Assembly (NCBI RefSeq): GCF_036365525.1
Contig: NC_090417.1
Location: 13,927,344 to 13,991,343 of the forward strand
DNA length: 64,000 nucleotides
DNA from: Heterodontus francisci
Taxonomy: Eukaryota
Reading direction: 5' to 3'
Part shown: positions 25,346 to 37,279 of the stretch, one piece after another
How positions within the stretch are numbered: the stretch's first letter is position 1
Layout: each line of letters starts with the position of its first letter
Notes under the pieces: model-generated
The model's input: the letters and a program-made list of their open reading frames with translations, nothing else
Told to the model about the DNA's origin: nothing
Database searches by the model: none
Position numbers and translations under genes: made by a program

Positions 25346-27079
25346 TGTTTCAAGGTCACAAAGTGTTAACTGCCACGTAGGCTGTTGAACTCAGCTCATG
25401 TTGGCTGGGTGTTTTTTCCCTCAGCAGACAACTGGTGACAGAGGGAGGAGTTCTGAATGAGCAGTGCAACCAAAACAGGAACACACATCAGTTGTTTAAC
25501 AAGGTTGATCCATCCATTCCATTGGCTCAATGCATCCTCTTTGCATGTGTATCTTTTGGTATTTGAATTCTCATCCCTTTCTTCAAATCCCTCCAGAGCC
25601 TCGTCCCTCCCTATCTCTTAAACTCCGCCAGCTCCTCAGCCCTCCTCCACTTTCCATCACTCCATCATTGGTGGCCCCGCCTTCAGCTGTCTGAGTCCTA
25701 AGCTCAGAATTCCACTCCAATACATGACCACTCTCTCCTCCTTGAAGACGAACCTTCAAACCTCCCTCCTCTTTGAGCAAGCTTTTGACAATTGCCACAG
25801 CAGATCCAAATCAGACTTGTGAAGAGTACCAAGGTGAGTAGTAGGGGGGGGGGGTGCACGTGGGCCCCTCTTTTCACTTTGAAGCTGCAGTCAGAGGCAT
25901 AAGATGCACATCGGTAGGAACAAGAGTCGAAGGTAGATGAGATGACTGGAGATGGAAGGAGATGTTATCAATGTTAAAGGCGTGTCAGTAGATTGAGGGA
26001 GTGAGACCTGGATGCTCGGCATGATTTTAACTGGCTCAAAACCCATTCACCTGCACTGACTTAAAATCAGGCTCAGTAGATCATTAGACTGAAGTCACAA
26101 ACAATTGAGATACAGAAGCTAATGTAAAAGGTTGTCAGCACCATAAGCATCCTGTGAGGTCATCCCAGACATCACTGCATGCTCAAGAACCTCCACCCCT
26201 ACATCAACCAGGAATAAACTGACAAGCCAGCATTGGGACAGGGAGTGAAAGCCCTGTCAATGGGTTCAGGCCATTGGTCAGCAGATGGCACATTTGATCA
26301 TGGTCAGAATCATGGAAGATCTTCCCAATACCTTGAGCAGTGATGGAGCAGAGGGGAAAACTCTTTGTTTCTCAGTAATGTGCTGCCTTCAGCCCTCCGT
26401 TCTTCGAGCTACTTCCACTGGCAGCTTGTTACCCTCCAGCACTTGTCCAAGTGGCCATCACTGCCTCAGCTCTGATTGTGGATGGGTGAAGATCGAACTT
26501 ATGTCCTGTGATGTACACAGGCAGCAGGAAGCACTGGCTAGGGCTTGAGTCCACTTCACTGGTGCAGCAGATGTGAACTCACTCACATCCTTGTCTCTCT
26601 GAGGTGACAGTTTGACTCACTGAGCCAAGCCTGACACTTGCATCTTCTCCAGGATTAGCATGGATAGCCAGCTGAAGGAGCTCTGTAAAATTCAGAGCCC
26701 AGCTCTTCCACACTAATCCACCATGTTTGGGACAAAGGTAGCATCTAAAGATCCTGGAAAAGTGCCAGTGGGTTGTTTTTCTCCCTGTGCTGATATATTT
26801 ACAGATAGACTCACATCCTTGTTCCTGCTGATATGGAAATTGAATGTTGTTTGCTGCTGCAAGGACAAATAGGCTTTGCTGATAATGGGGAGTCTGTGTT
26901 TCCAGTTGCTGCTGAACTTTTTAACAAACAGAAAGAACTCAGCACCACTCCATTTGCACCAACCAAGCAAGACGACCTGGAACTAATTGCCTGGGTTTGT
27001 GTTCAGTAATAATTTCAGCTTTGCCAAAAACAAATAAAGATGAAGCTCCCAATTGGAGTGTACAAGTGAGAGACTCTGA

Positions 27080-27354
27080 AATACTGTGTATAGTATTGGT
27101 CTCCTTATTTAAGGAAGGATGTAAATGCGTTGGAGGCAGTACAGAGAAGGTTTACGAGACTCGTATCTGAAATGGGTGGGCTGTCTTATGAGAAAAGATT
27201 GGGCAGGCTAGGCTTGTATCCGCTGGAATTTAAAAGAGTAAGAGGTGCCTTGATTGAAATGTATAAGATCCTGAGGGGTCTTGACATGGTGGATGTGGAA
27301 AGGATGTTTCTCCTTCAGGGAGAATCTAGAACTAGGGGTCACTGTTTAAAAATA
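27080..27354 (+). mobile_element. CR1 3' fragment, left half (interrupted at 27354, resumes at 30557-30800)
   Basis: EAVQRRFTRL...ESRTRGHCLKI continues as TGRSFKTEMMRN...SLWNSLP after the insertion. Confidence 0.88.
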
Positions 27355-27756
27355 CAAAGTGATTGATGACAACGCTACGTTATCAGGATGCGCCGCGGTG
27401 CACACATGTGCACACGGTCTCGGGCCCTCTGTGCATGCGCTGCGGTCCGGTTTGCCAGGACCAGTTTGCGCATGCGCAGATGACATCATCGCGTAACGTC
27501 ATCTTCCTCGGGGGACACGCCAGGTTGGCCTTTGTGCATGCGCAAACTGGTCCTGGCAATCCGGACCGCAGAGCATGCGCAGATGACCGGAGCCCGTGTG
27601 CGCATGTGCGTCAATCTTCCGAAAGCTTCGGCGCGAGTTTTTGAAAATGGAAGGAGGAGAAGTTTCGTCGGGCATTTTATCTCAATTATTTAGTCATTTT
27701 GGACATTTGCTTCATTTTTATTAGACAGAGGAGATTGTTCCAAGCTAAGTTGCTCT

Positions 27757-28076
27757 NNNNNNNNNNNNNNNNNNNNNNNNNNNNNNNNNNNNNNNNNNNN
27801 NNNNNNNNNNNNNNNNNNNNNNNNNNNNNNNNNNNNNNNNNNNNNNNNNNNNNNNNNNNNNNNNNNNNNNNNNNNNNNNNNNNNNNNNNNGGGGGAAGGG
27901 AGGAGAGAAGGGGGGAAGGGNNNNNNNNNNNNNNNNNNNNNNNNNNNNNNNNNNNNNNNNNNNNNNNNNNNNNNNNNNNNNNNNNNNNNNNNNNNNNNNN
28001 NNNNNNNNNNNNNNNNNNNNNNNNNNNNNNNNNNNNNNNNNNNNNNNNNNNNNNNNNNNNNNNNNNNNNNNNNNNN
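27757..28076. other. Two N-runs (27757-27890, 27921-28076) within a purine-rich tract
   Basis: Directly visible gap or masking. Confidence 0.99.
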
Positions 28077-29899
28077 GGAAGGGAGGTCGGGGGGGAGCAG
28101 CGGAGCGGAAGGGGAGTGCCTTTTTCTGTGCATGCGCCATAAACACAAGGACTGGCTGATGAGATGGAGCCAATTAATTTGCCCAACAATTGCCCGGAAG
28201 CACCTTCGGATGGAGGTGGCCATGCGCTGGACATCAGTCGCGTGCCACAATCCATGGCTCCTGAGCGTTTCACCCCCTGGCCTAATGATCTGATGGACCA
28301 TACATACGCCTGCCTGTTCAAAGCTCCACTTCCCCTACCTGCGGTACCCTCTCCTTGCTGTTCAGTTACACAGTCACCTGTTCCTGCACCCATCCAAGCA
28401 GTGCACATGGACACACAGCCACATGTTTCCCCATCCGCCCTTGAAACTACCATGCAGAGCCTTGTGAGACTCCGCAATTGCCAGCTGCTGCCTGTCAAGC
28501 AGAGAAGGCGTCCAAAGGGGTCAAGCACTTGGGGAACATTCAGCAAGAAGAGACTGAGCACTAAAAGAAACAAGCATGCCGTGTCCAGTGGTAGCACAAA
28601 TGTGAATGCTCTTGCTGCGTACACAAGTGGTGAGGTGGGAGTGCAGCCACACCATTCTCCATCCTCAGTGTTGCTTTAAGGCAAAGGTAGATAAGAGTGA
28701 AAGAAATGGAAGATGATGCTGATAGTAGTAGGCAGGATTAAATGGGAATGGATGGGAAGACGCACGAGTAGCATAACCACTAGCAGGGAACAGCTGGACT
28801 AAATGGCCTGCTTTATGTTCATAGTCCAAAAGAAATGTGCTTCTTTTTCCAGCACCCTCACATCATTCATGTTTTCCCTGAGAGCAGCATTGAACCATCA
28901 CGAGATAGGGGCAGTAACATCATCCTGCCTCCTACAGCTGAGGTGGGAACTAAGTGATTCATTGGCCTATACTGCAGAGCATAAAGCATGCGCAACAGTA
29001 ATTTCATTGGAGGGAGGGAAGCTCTGACTCTGATTTGCTTTATTTCTTTTCATGTAAAACATGCCGTCGAGAAAACAATCCTCGAGACTTACGGTCAGCA
29101 TTCAAGCAACGAAGGCAACTGGATCATGCTGTGGAGCTCATCACGATGTGGAAAGGAACATTGCATTTATGGATGAATTGGGAATGCACATTGGGATGCG
29201 CTTGGGGAACATTCACCAAGAATAGACTGAGCTCAGACTCTTGTGACTTTGCCTTCTACACATGGACAATACAGTAGTGGAATAGAGAGCCAAGCGTTCA
29301 TTCACCACAAGGCTCTCCAGGAACAATCTCTTTAGCTGTGCATATCAGAGACTCGGCCTGTCTGTCTAACAGGAATGCTGGACACAACACTCATGTATCC
29401 ATGCACAGCAGTTCCTCGGATACTTAATGAACTTAATAAAACTTTTCAATAATTAAACCCAGAATTGTTGAGGTTTTGTTTTGCATGTTATTTCCCCAAC
29501 TTTGTAACTGCACTTCAGATATTCAACTATGGTGGAGGGGTGGAGGTAGGGGGGTAAAGGAGGGGTGGAGGTAGGGGGGTGAAGGGGGGATGGGTGAAGA
29601 GGGGGAGGGGTGGGGAGTGCGGGGAGGGGTGGGGAGAGTGAGCATGCAAAATGCAGGGACCAGACAGTTGCAATGCCTGAAGTACTGTGCAGAAGTAGAG
29701 AAAGCAACTGGATTGGGCATCCGCAGCTGGAGGGAAGGGCTGAATGGAGAGGGGCGGAAGCGAGAGGCCGTAGAGAGCCGCGGGGAGCGAGCGTGCGAAG
29801 ACCTTGGTGTCACCGGGTCCAGGGACTGGCCAGTAAGTCTTTTGCTGTTGTGTTTATAGCGCATGCACAGAAAAAGGCACTCCTCTTCCACTCCGCTGC

Positions 29900-30265
29900 T
29901 CCCCCCTCCACTCTCACCCCTTCTCCCCCCCCCCCCCCTCCACTCTCCCCCCCCCTCCCTCTCCCTCTTTCTCCCCCCTTCCCTCTCCCTCTTTCTCCCC
30001 CCTCCCTCTCCCCCCCCTCCCTCTCCCTCTTTCTCCCCCCCCTCTCCCCCCTCCCTCTCCCTCTTTCTCCCCCCCCCTCCCTCTTTCTCCCCCCCTCCCT
30101 CTTTCTCCCCCCCCCTCTCCCCCCCTCCCTCTCCCTCTTTCTCCCCCCCTCCCTCTCCCTCTTTCTCCCCCCTCCCTCTCCCCCCCTCCCTCTCCCTCTT
30201 TCTCCCCCCCCTCCCTCTCCCTCTTTCTCCCCCCCCTCCCTCTTTCTCCCCCCCCCCCCCCACCC
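29900..30265 (+). repeat. Polypyrimidine low-complexity tract (ctccctctttctcccccc)n
   Basis: Directly visible. The long G/E- and P/S-rich ORFs over it are artefacts. Confidence 0.95.
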
Positions 30266-31342
30266 CCGGCACCGCTACCGCTGGTCTCCCCCTTTCTCCC
30301 CCCCACCAGCACCGCTACCGCTGGTCTCCCCGCGCTGCTCTCCCCGGCCAGCTCCACTCTCTCACTCCGGCCATTGTATTCTGCCACGTGTTTGTCAGGT
30401 TTCATCTCTGTGATTTTTTGAGCAGCGCCATCTTTAGTCCTGGCAGCTGCGACAGTCGCAGGCTGTGACGTTTTCGTGGCACATGCTTTATCTGCGCATG
30501 TGCCAAAACAGCGCCACCTACCGATCGCGTTGTCAACAATTGCGGTCTTAAAAATAACGGGTCGCTCATTTAAGACAGAGATGATGAGAAATTGTTTCTC
30601 TCAGATAGTCGTGAGTCTTTGGAATTCTCTTCCTCAAGAGGAGGTGGAAGCAGAGTCTTTGAATATTTTTAAGGCAGTGGTAGATAGATTTGTGATAAGC
30701 AAGGGGGGGAAAGGTTATCGGGGGTAGGCGGGACTGTGAGTTGAGTTTCCAATCAGATCAGCCATGATCCTGTTGAATGGCAGAGTTGGCTCGAGGAGCC
30801 GAGTGGTTGAGGTGAATAGTGTCGATGTATTTAAGGGGAAGCTGGATAAACATATGAGGGAGAAAGGAATAGAGGGTTCTGCTGTTAGGGTGAGATGGAG
30901 AGGGCTGGGCGGTGGCTCATATGGAGCCTGTTTCTTTGTTGTAGATTTGATATAAAATCTGATTTCCATGAGTTCTCGCCTTTCACTTCATTTCATTTTC
31001 TTTTGAAATTAATTGTATAATCTGTCAGATCTGCAGGACAATGGTTGATTTTGACCTGAGACTTCCCATGACAAGGCATACTTCAATTCAGCAACTTTGT
31101 GGAGCAAGAAAGAAGCCCCTTCAGTGGCTTTGTGACCAACAGCAGGAACGAACTGGGAAGGAGATCTAAAGGGGGAGGGAATCTCCAGATAAATAGACTC
31201 CAGGATCTCATCACTGTGGAATTTGGGATCTGTCTTTTATTTTGTTTACATCGCATCAAGAATACAAGACTGGCAATTCTCAATGTCTTTCTCCATTGGA
31301 AGAGGGCCGCGTGTTTCATTCAACTCCTTCCCAAACAGTTTC

Positions 31343-34300
31343 TCACGTCTTACACACAATGGCAGGGTTGTTCCTCTTTTGGACCCTGTACCGACAATTC
31401 TCCCGCTCAAACACCGCGATACAATCATCTGGATAACTGGTCGGTGTGGAATACCTGGAATGTCAATCGGAAAACCAAAGGTCAGCAATGCAGAGCTTTA
31501 ATGACTTTCCAGTTAGCAAGGGTCAACTGTGCACTGTCCACTTTTCAAAAGAACAAGTGCTTCACTGCCTATCATCAGGGACGTTGTCTCCTTCATTTCC
31601 CACCCCCTTCTCCACCTTCTAATCCCCCATGCTTCCTGTCACAAAGTGGGGGCAAGTTTTCATGCCTTTAAAACAGCAGGTATAGACCACACTGCCACTT
31701 GAATCTGCTCTGCCATTTCAACAAGATCTTCCATCTTAAATCCACTGTTCCGCTCAGTCACCACATCTCCTCATTCCCTTCGTCTCCAAACATGAAGTGC
31801 ATGGAGTTGTTGAGTTCTGTGAGCCCCAAGGACATATCATAAGTTTACTGTGGCCTCACCTCCACAGTTTGAAATTCTTTAGCTTGTTCAACCCTCCTTG
31901 GGGATTCGAGCCATTTTGCACTGTGACCATTGGTGGTTAAACAGGAATACAGCAGGACAGCAGTTATTTTAAAGGACCAATAATACAGAGGCCTGGACTA
32001 TTAATCTATAGACATGAGTTCAAATCCCACCAAGGCAACTGGGGAATTTAAATTCAATGATTGAAATAAATCTGGAATTGAAAGCCACTCTCAGTAATAG
32101 TGCCATGAAATTATCATCGATTGTTGTAAAAAAACCCATCTGGTTCACTCATGTCCTCCAGGGAAGGAAATCTGCCGTCCTTACCTGGTCTGGCCTACAT
32201 GTGACTGCAGACCCACAGCAATGTGGTTTACTCTTACATGCTCTCTGAAATGGTCGAGCAAGCCACTCAGTTGTCTTCAAGAAGGGGGTTCACCCTCAAC
32301 CTCTCAAGAAGAGTTAGCAGTGGGCTAAATGGATCAGACATCGGCGTGCCAGCAATGACCACGTCCCCTGAATGAATTTAAAAACAAGTACCAAGCACTG
32401 CCAAGGTTCGTCCCGTGAATCTCTCTTCTCCATCCCATACCTACACATCATCACACTCTGCCGTCTTCTTCATGTGAGGTGTCTCCATTGCTGCTCGTCA
32501 CACCATTCCACATCTCAGACCTATGTGAGAATACCGCTGTGACTGGCTGGTAGAAGGCTGAAACCAGACTTTGCTGATAGCTCGGTAGGTAAAGACACAA
32601 TGGTGAGTTACTGGGTCATCCAGGTCAGGAAGATTCCATGTTCAGTCTCCGCCGCACTGTGCTGAGCTAGTTTATTCTGACCAAGGCAGCAGGTAGGAGT
32701 GTTAGAATTGTTCTCAGTCCACTTGGACCAGGCTGAGTTGCAGCTTTAGATTGTGGTGAGGAAATTCTGTTTTAATAAGTGTATATAGACATGGACTGAG
32801 ACCAGGATTGGATTCGACTGTGATGCCACATCCAGTCGAATAGCTTGCCAACAGTCATTGCCATCTGGGCTTCGTATTAATAATGTACTGGAATTCCACC
32901 AGCAGTGATGCACTACAGATAGCATGAGTTGGGCAAAAGGGTGGTGACGGTGAGGACGATTAAAGGAAAGCTGATACTTACACATCCCAGCATGCGACCA
33001 CTGTATGAAGGCATTTACATATCTGGCAGTCAGAGTTCCTCCATTTCGACCCTAGATTGTGCATCGTGCGATCAGTATGGTCCTTGCATCTACCTGAAGT
33101 CAAGAGGAAATTAGGCTTGAGTGTTTTTTGGAAGCTGGGACACTGTATCCGTGTGGATTGTGAGTAATGTGATGGTGAGATCGAAATAAGTGTTAGCAAT
33201 ATGCTGTGCATAAGTAAAACTAGGTACAAACCTTATAGCTCTGTACATTATTATTCTGATAAATACAGCCCCACTCAGCTTTGAAAAGGTGTAGGATATC
33301 ATTTCGAGTGTGATAATTCACAGTAAATTAGGATTCAAACAATATCTTCAGTCTGGAATTTAACTTTTGTTTGGAGAGCGTCTTTGTAAGATTAATCATA
33401 GAATTACACTCGAAGACAGGCCTTCAGCCCAACTGGTGCCTGCTGGTATTTCTGCTTTACACAACCTAAATCCCACCACTTCTTCATCTCACCTGATCAG
33501 TATATCCTTCTATTCCTTTCTCCCTCATCTGTTTATCCAGCTTCCCCTTAAATACATCTCTCCGATTCACCTCAAGCACTCCCTGTGGTAGCAAATTCCA
33601 CATTCTGGCCACTCTGTGGGGAAAGTGGTTTCTTCTGAATTCCCGATTGGAATGATTGGTGACGATCTTATATTGATGGCCCCTAGTTCTGGTCTCCCCC
33701 CCCCCCCCACTCCCACAAGTGGAAACATCGCCTCGACGTCTACCCTCTCAAACCCCTTCATTATCTTCAAGATCTTGATGAGGTCAACCCCAGTCAGCCT
33801 GCGTTTTTTTCTAGGGAAAAGTCTTCCCAGCCTGTTCCATGTATCCTGATAAGTTATAAACTGGAATCATCCTTGTAAACCTTTGTATTTGCGTCCTCTC
33901 CAGTGCCTCGATATCCTTTGTGTAATATGGAGAGCTGAGTGTTGAGGGTACACCAAGTGTGGTACAACCAAGAATCTAACCAGTTTTATCACATCTGGTG
34001 ATGTCTTGTGAAACACTAAGTGACAATCTACCCCAGCTGGCACTGCCTGCTTGCTCGTACGGAGGCCGGAAGTCTGCTCGAAGCCCCCAGTCCCAGGAGA
34101 GCCTCCCTCCCTAAATTCCTGAACTCCATGCAAAGGATTCAAAGACCCATGACTACTCACCAGAGTTTTTTGAGTAAATTTTGACAGCAGATTCCAGAAG
34201 AGCGAAGGCTGTGAGCAGCAAGACAAGACACAAGGTGACGTTCTGAAAACGAAACAGGCCAGGCCATGTGTTAATGGAAGTCAGATGATTGAATGGTTCC

Positions 34301-36481
34301 AGCACAGAAGGAGGCCATTCGGCCCATCATGTCCGTGCTGGCTCTCCGCAAGAGCAGCTCGCCGACTGCCATTCCCCCCCAGCCTTTCTCCCCAGATACC
34401 TGCAAATTCTTTCTCTTCGGATAGTTCCCCAATTCCATTCTGAAGGCCTCGATTGAATTTGCCTCCACCTCACTCTCAGTCAGTGCATTCCAAATCCTAA
34501 CCACTCGCTGAGTAAAAAAGGTTTCCCCCCTCATGTCGCTATTGCTTCTTTTGTCACTCACCTGAAATCGGTGTCCTCTGGTTCGATATCCTTCCGCCAA
34601 TGGGAATAGTTTCTCCCTATCTCCTCCGTCCAGATCCCTCCTGATTTTGAACACCTCTGTCAAATCACCTCTTAATCTTTTCTCCAAGGAAAACAGACTC
34701 AGCTTCTCCAGTCCAGCCACGTAAGTGGTGGTTGGAGTGGGTGGGGGCGGTGGGACTGACTGGATTGCTCCGCGGAGAGCCGGTATAGACTAGATGGGCT
34801 GAATGGCCTCTTTCTGTGCTGTAAGTGACTCTCTAACTTCATGACTTTATGAATCTATTCTGCATCCTCTCGAATGCCTTTACATCCTTCCTGAAGTGGA
34901 GTGCCCAGGACTGCATTTTGTGGAGACCAAACCAGTTTTTTGTATAGGTTTATCATAACTTCCTTGTTTTTGTACCCATGCCCCTCTTTATAAAGCCCAG
35001 AATCCCGTATGTTTTATTTACATGTGAGAGCAATGCCCCTGGCTGCTGAGCTTGCCTGGCCCGAGCAAGAGGAATAAATGTGATCTGCAATTGGGAAAAT
35101 GCTGGCAAACTCCTCGACTTCTATTTCCCCTCAGTGGAGAGGAATAAATAGACATTATTTCCTCCAGACAGACCTTCAAAATTACACTGTGGAAAAACAC
35201 CATCCAAATTCTTCATCCCTTTCATCTGGAGTTTCTTGGTCCAGGGTTTGAATCGGAGGCATGAACCTGTCTAAAATAAATGGTGAAAGTTCTCAAGCGA
35301 AATGGTAGCTTCCATATTGCTGTCCATTTCGATGGTTTGGGCTTCTTAACAGTCCTTAGTGATCTCATAGGGTCTCAGTAGAAGCAGATTCTGCTTCCAA
35401 ACCTTCTCCAGCAGAGCTGCAAACGCTGAGAGATAATGATTCCTACCCTCCTCTAACTCGTTCACTCTATTTCACCAGAGGTGTCCGATACTACCAAACT
35501 CTCAGAAGCACTGCATGTAACAAAGGACTGCAGACTGAAGCAATCAACATCTTTATTGTTGAGATTTATCGAACAATACAATTCAGCCAGCAAACAGCAA
35601 GTGCTTCAGAAACATAGGAACGAAAAGTTCCACCACGGGTCGACAACCCTTCAGAAACACTTGTTTTCAGATTGTACACCAAGCATAACTGGAAATTCAG
35701 TGGAGAAGATTCTGGCAGTTTGAGCCTAGTTCCAGCATCTCCGAGGCCCTGATACAGCTCAAGAAGAGAATATGAGGGAACATTTGTTATCTTGCCCAGG
35801 AATTGCTTTGCAACAAACTTTTTACATCTTCACTGTCAACCCAACCCTCATCACCTCCTTTTAAGAAAAGAAGATTCTGTGGCGACATTAATCTTCATGC
35901 AGTTTGAAAACAAGAAATAACTGGGGCACAAGTGCAGTGTGAAAAGAACTCATCTCGTGTGTCCTGTGGCGCAGTGGGCAGCACTCTTCCCTATTAGTCA
36001 GAAGGTTATGGATTAAAGTCCCACTGGAAAATCTAGGCTGATTTTCCCAGTGCTGGTACTGAGGGAGATGATGTCTTTGTGATGAAATTGAAGAGCTCGC
36101 GATCCTTTCAGTGGCTCTATGTCAAAGAGAGCAGGGGGGGTGGGGGGTTCTGGACAATTTTTTATCCATCAGCCACCAGCTCAAAAAAAACAAATGACCT
36201 GGTTATGATCAGAATGATATTTATGGGAGCTTGCTGTGCACAAATTGGCTGCTGCATTTCATGAATTACAATACTTCAAAAAGCATTCATTGGTTGCAAA
36301 GTGCTTTGAGCGTCTGAAAGGCACCCGATGAAAACAAGTGTTTCTTTGGATAGATACGAGTATGCAACAAAAAAAAACCAAACACAATCAGCCTTTCCAA
36401 TGAACGTCTGACAAAGTTAAATTGAAGAATTGCTTTCTCATTATGAGGTGAAATGTATGAGAAAATCTGCATACATACCAT
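31343..36481 (-). CDS. MSMB: Beta-microseminoprotein-like protein, paralog C (102 aa, 8 Cys); complement(join(31343..31454,32982..33093,34161..34242,36479..36481))
   Basis: An ATG|gtatgt micro-exon and exons of 82, 112 and 112 nt with canonical splice sites give MNVTLCLVLLLTAFALLES-AVKIYSKNSGRCKDHTDRTMHNLGSKWRNSDCQICKCLHTVVACWDVYSTPTSYPDDCIAVFERENCRYRVQKRNNPAIVCKT*. It is a clear paralog of B at DNA and protein level. AATAAA lies at 31236-31241 (-). The symbol denotes family. Confidence 0.9.
31985..32385 (+). mobile_element. tRNA-derived SINE whose 3' tail resembles the LINE end at 15575-15660
   Basis: B box gagttcaaatccc. Tail ttcaagaagggggttcaccctcaacctctcaag aligns by eye to the LINE sequence ttcaagaaggcaactcatcaccacctcctcaag. 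Confidence 0.65.
33395..34000 (-). mobile_element. Degraded CR1 3' fragment in intron 2 of paralog C
   Basis: KIMKGFERVDVEAMFPLVG motif and a CR1 tail. Confidence 0.75.
34290..34720 (-). mobile_element. CR1 3' fragment
   Basis: LFSLEKRLRGDLTEVFKI...FFTQRVVRIWNAL. Confidence 0.85.
35965..36340 (+). mobile_element. Deu-domain SINE
   Basis: tRNA head tggcgcagtgggcagcactc and core gggagcttgctgtgcacaaattggctgc. Confidence 0.7.
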
Positions 36482-37279
36482 TGCTGCAACTGTCTGACCA
36501 GAAGTCTGTTTCCTCAGTGAGAAGGAGAACTGCTGGCTTGTATTATTCGCTCTCAGCTTTACTCCAGACTATCGCACAGGTCGTACAGGGGAAGTCGCTC
36601 AGGTAGAATCAGCAGCTGCCAGAAATTGCCACGAATGCTTGGTTTGTTGAGTTTTGTGATCATAAATATCGAAAATGTAAAGCAGATGCCAACTGTCTGA
36701 TTTTTGAAGAGTTTCCTGCTTGTAGCTCATGATGGGAAAAGTGAGAAAGGTGTCAATCATCAAGTGTTTCGATTCCCCTTTGGTCAGTCCAGAAGTGACG
36801 CCACAAACCTACCCTTGTCTCCACCTTTATCCTGCACCACCACCACCCCCCCCAGCCCAAGCTCCAGCTCCTGGTTGGAACTTGGCAGAAGGTGCCAAGT
36901 TTACACAGTGGAGTCAGTCAAGCACAACGACTTCTGAAATGTGTCGTTTCTCAAAGGACTCTCCACAATGTGAGTCTCTGAAGAGGAACTGAACTGGGAA
37001 CAGATTGGAAAAACTGGAAAGGGGGACGCCTGTTCACCTGGAAAGAGTCCTGCTCAGGTACAGATTGCAAGTTAACTCGTCTTAATAATCGGTTATTGTT
37101 TTTGGATGAAGTTCCTGATCAAAATCAGGAAGCTGTGCATCAAGTGAAATCTTTTTTGTGAATTCACATGGTCCCACAAATGAATACAGTTCGATCAGGC
37201 CTGGTATCAAGGAAAATCATCTGGAAAGAATCACAAGGGGAAGACAGGGAGAGATTTGATCTCCATAATCCTTTGCCAC

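Larger units (their letters stand above)
27355..30547. mobile_element. Non-autonomous DNA transposon with 9-bp TSD (TTAAAAATA) and imperfect inverted ends; Mutator/MULE-like
   Basis: TSD at 27346-27354 and 30548-30556. The ends share attg(a/t)tgacaacgc in inverted orientation, 7 nt in from each end. Internal inverted repeats at 28090-28156 and 29847-29906. Superfamily is inferred from TSD length only. Confidence 0.7.

Noticed and set aside
27686-28624. 312-aa and overlapping ORFs
   Set aside because: They run through N-gaps, so their length is artefactual.
29523-30468. Long Gly/Glu- or Pro/Ser-rich ORFs
   Set aside because: Produced by the stop-free polypyrimidine tract.
31343-31345. Premature stop making paralog C a pseudogene
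   Set aside because: Paralog A stops at the same position, the cysteine losses are paired, and splice sites are intact.
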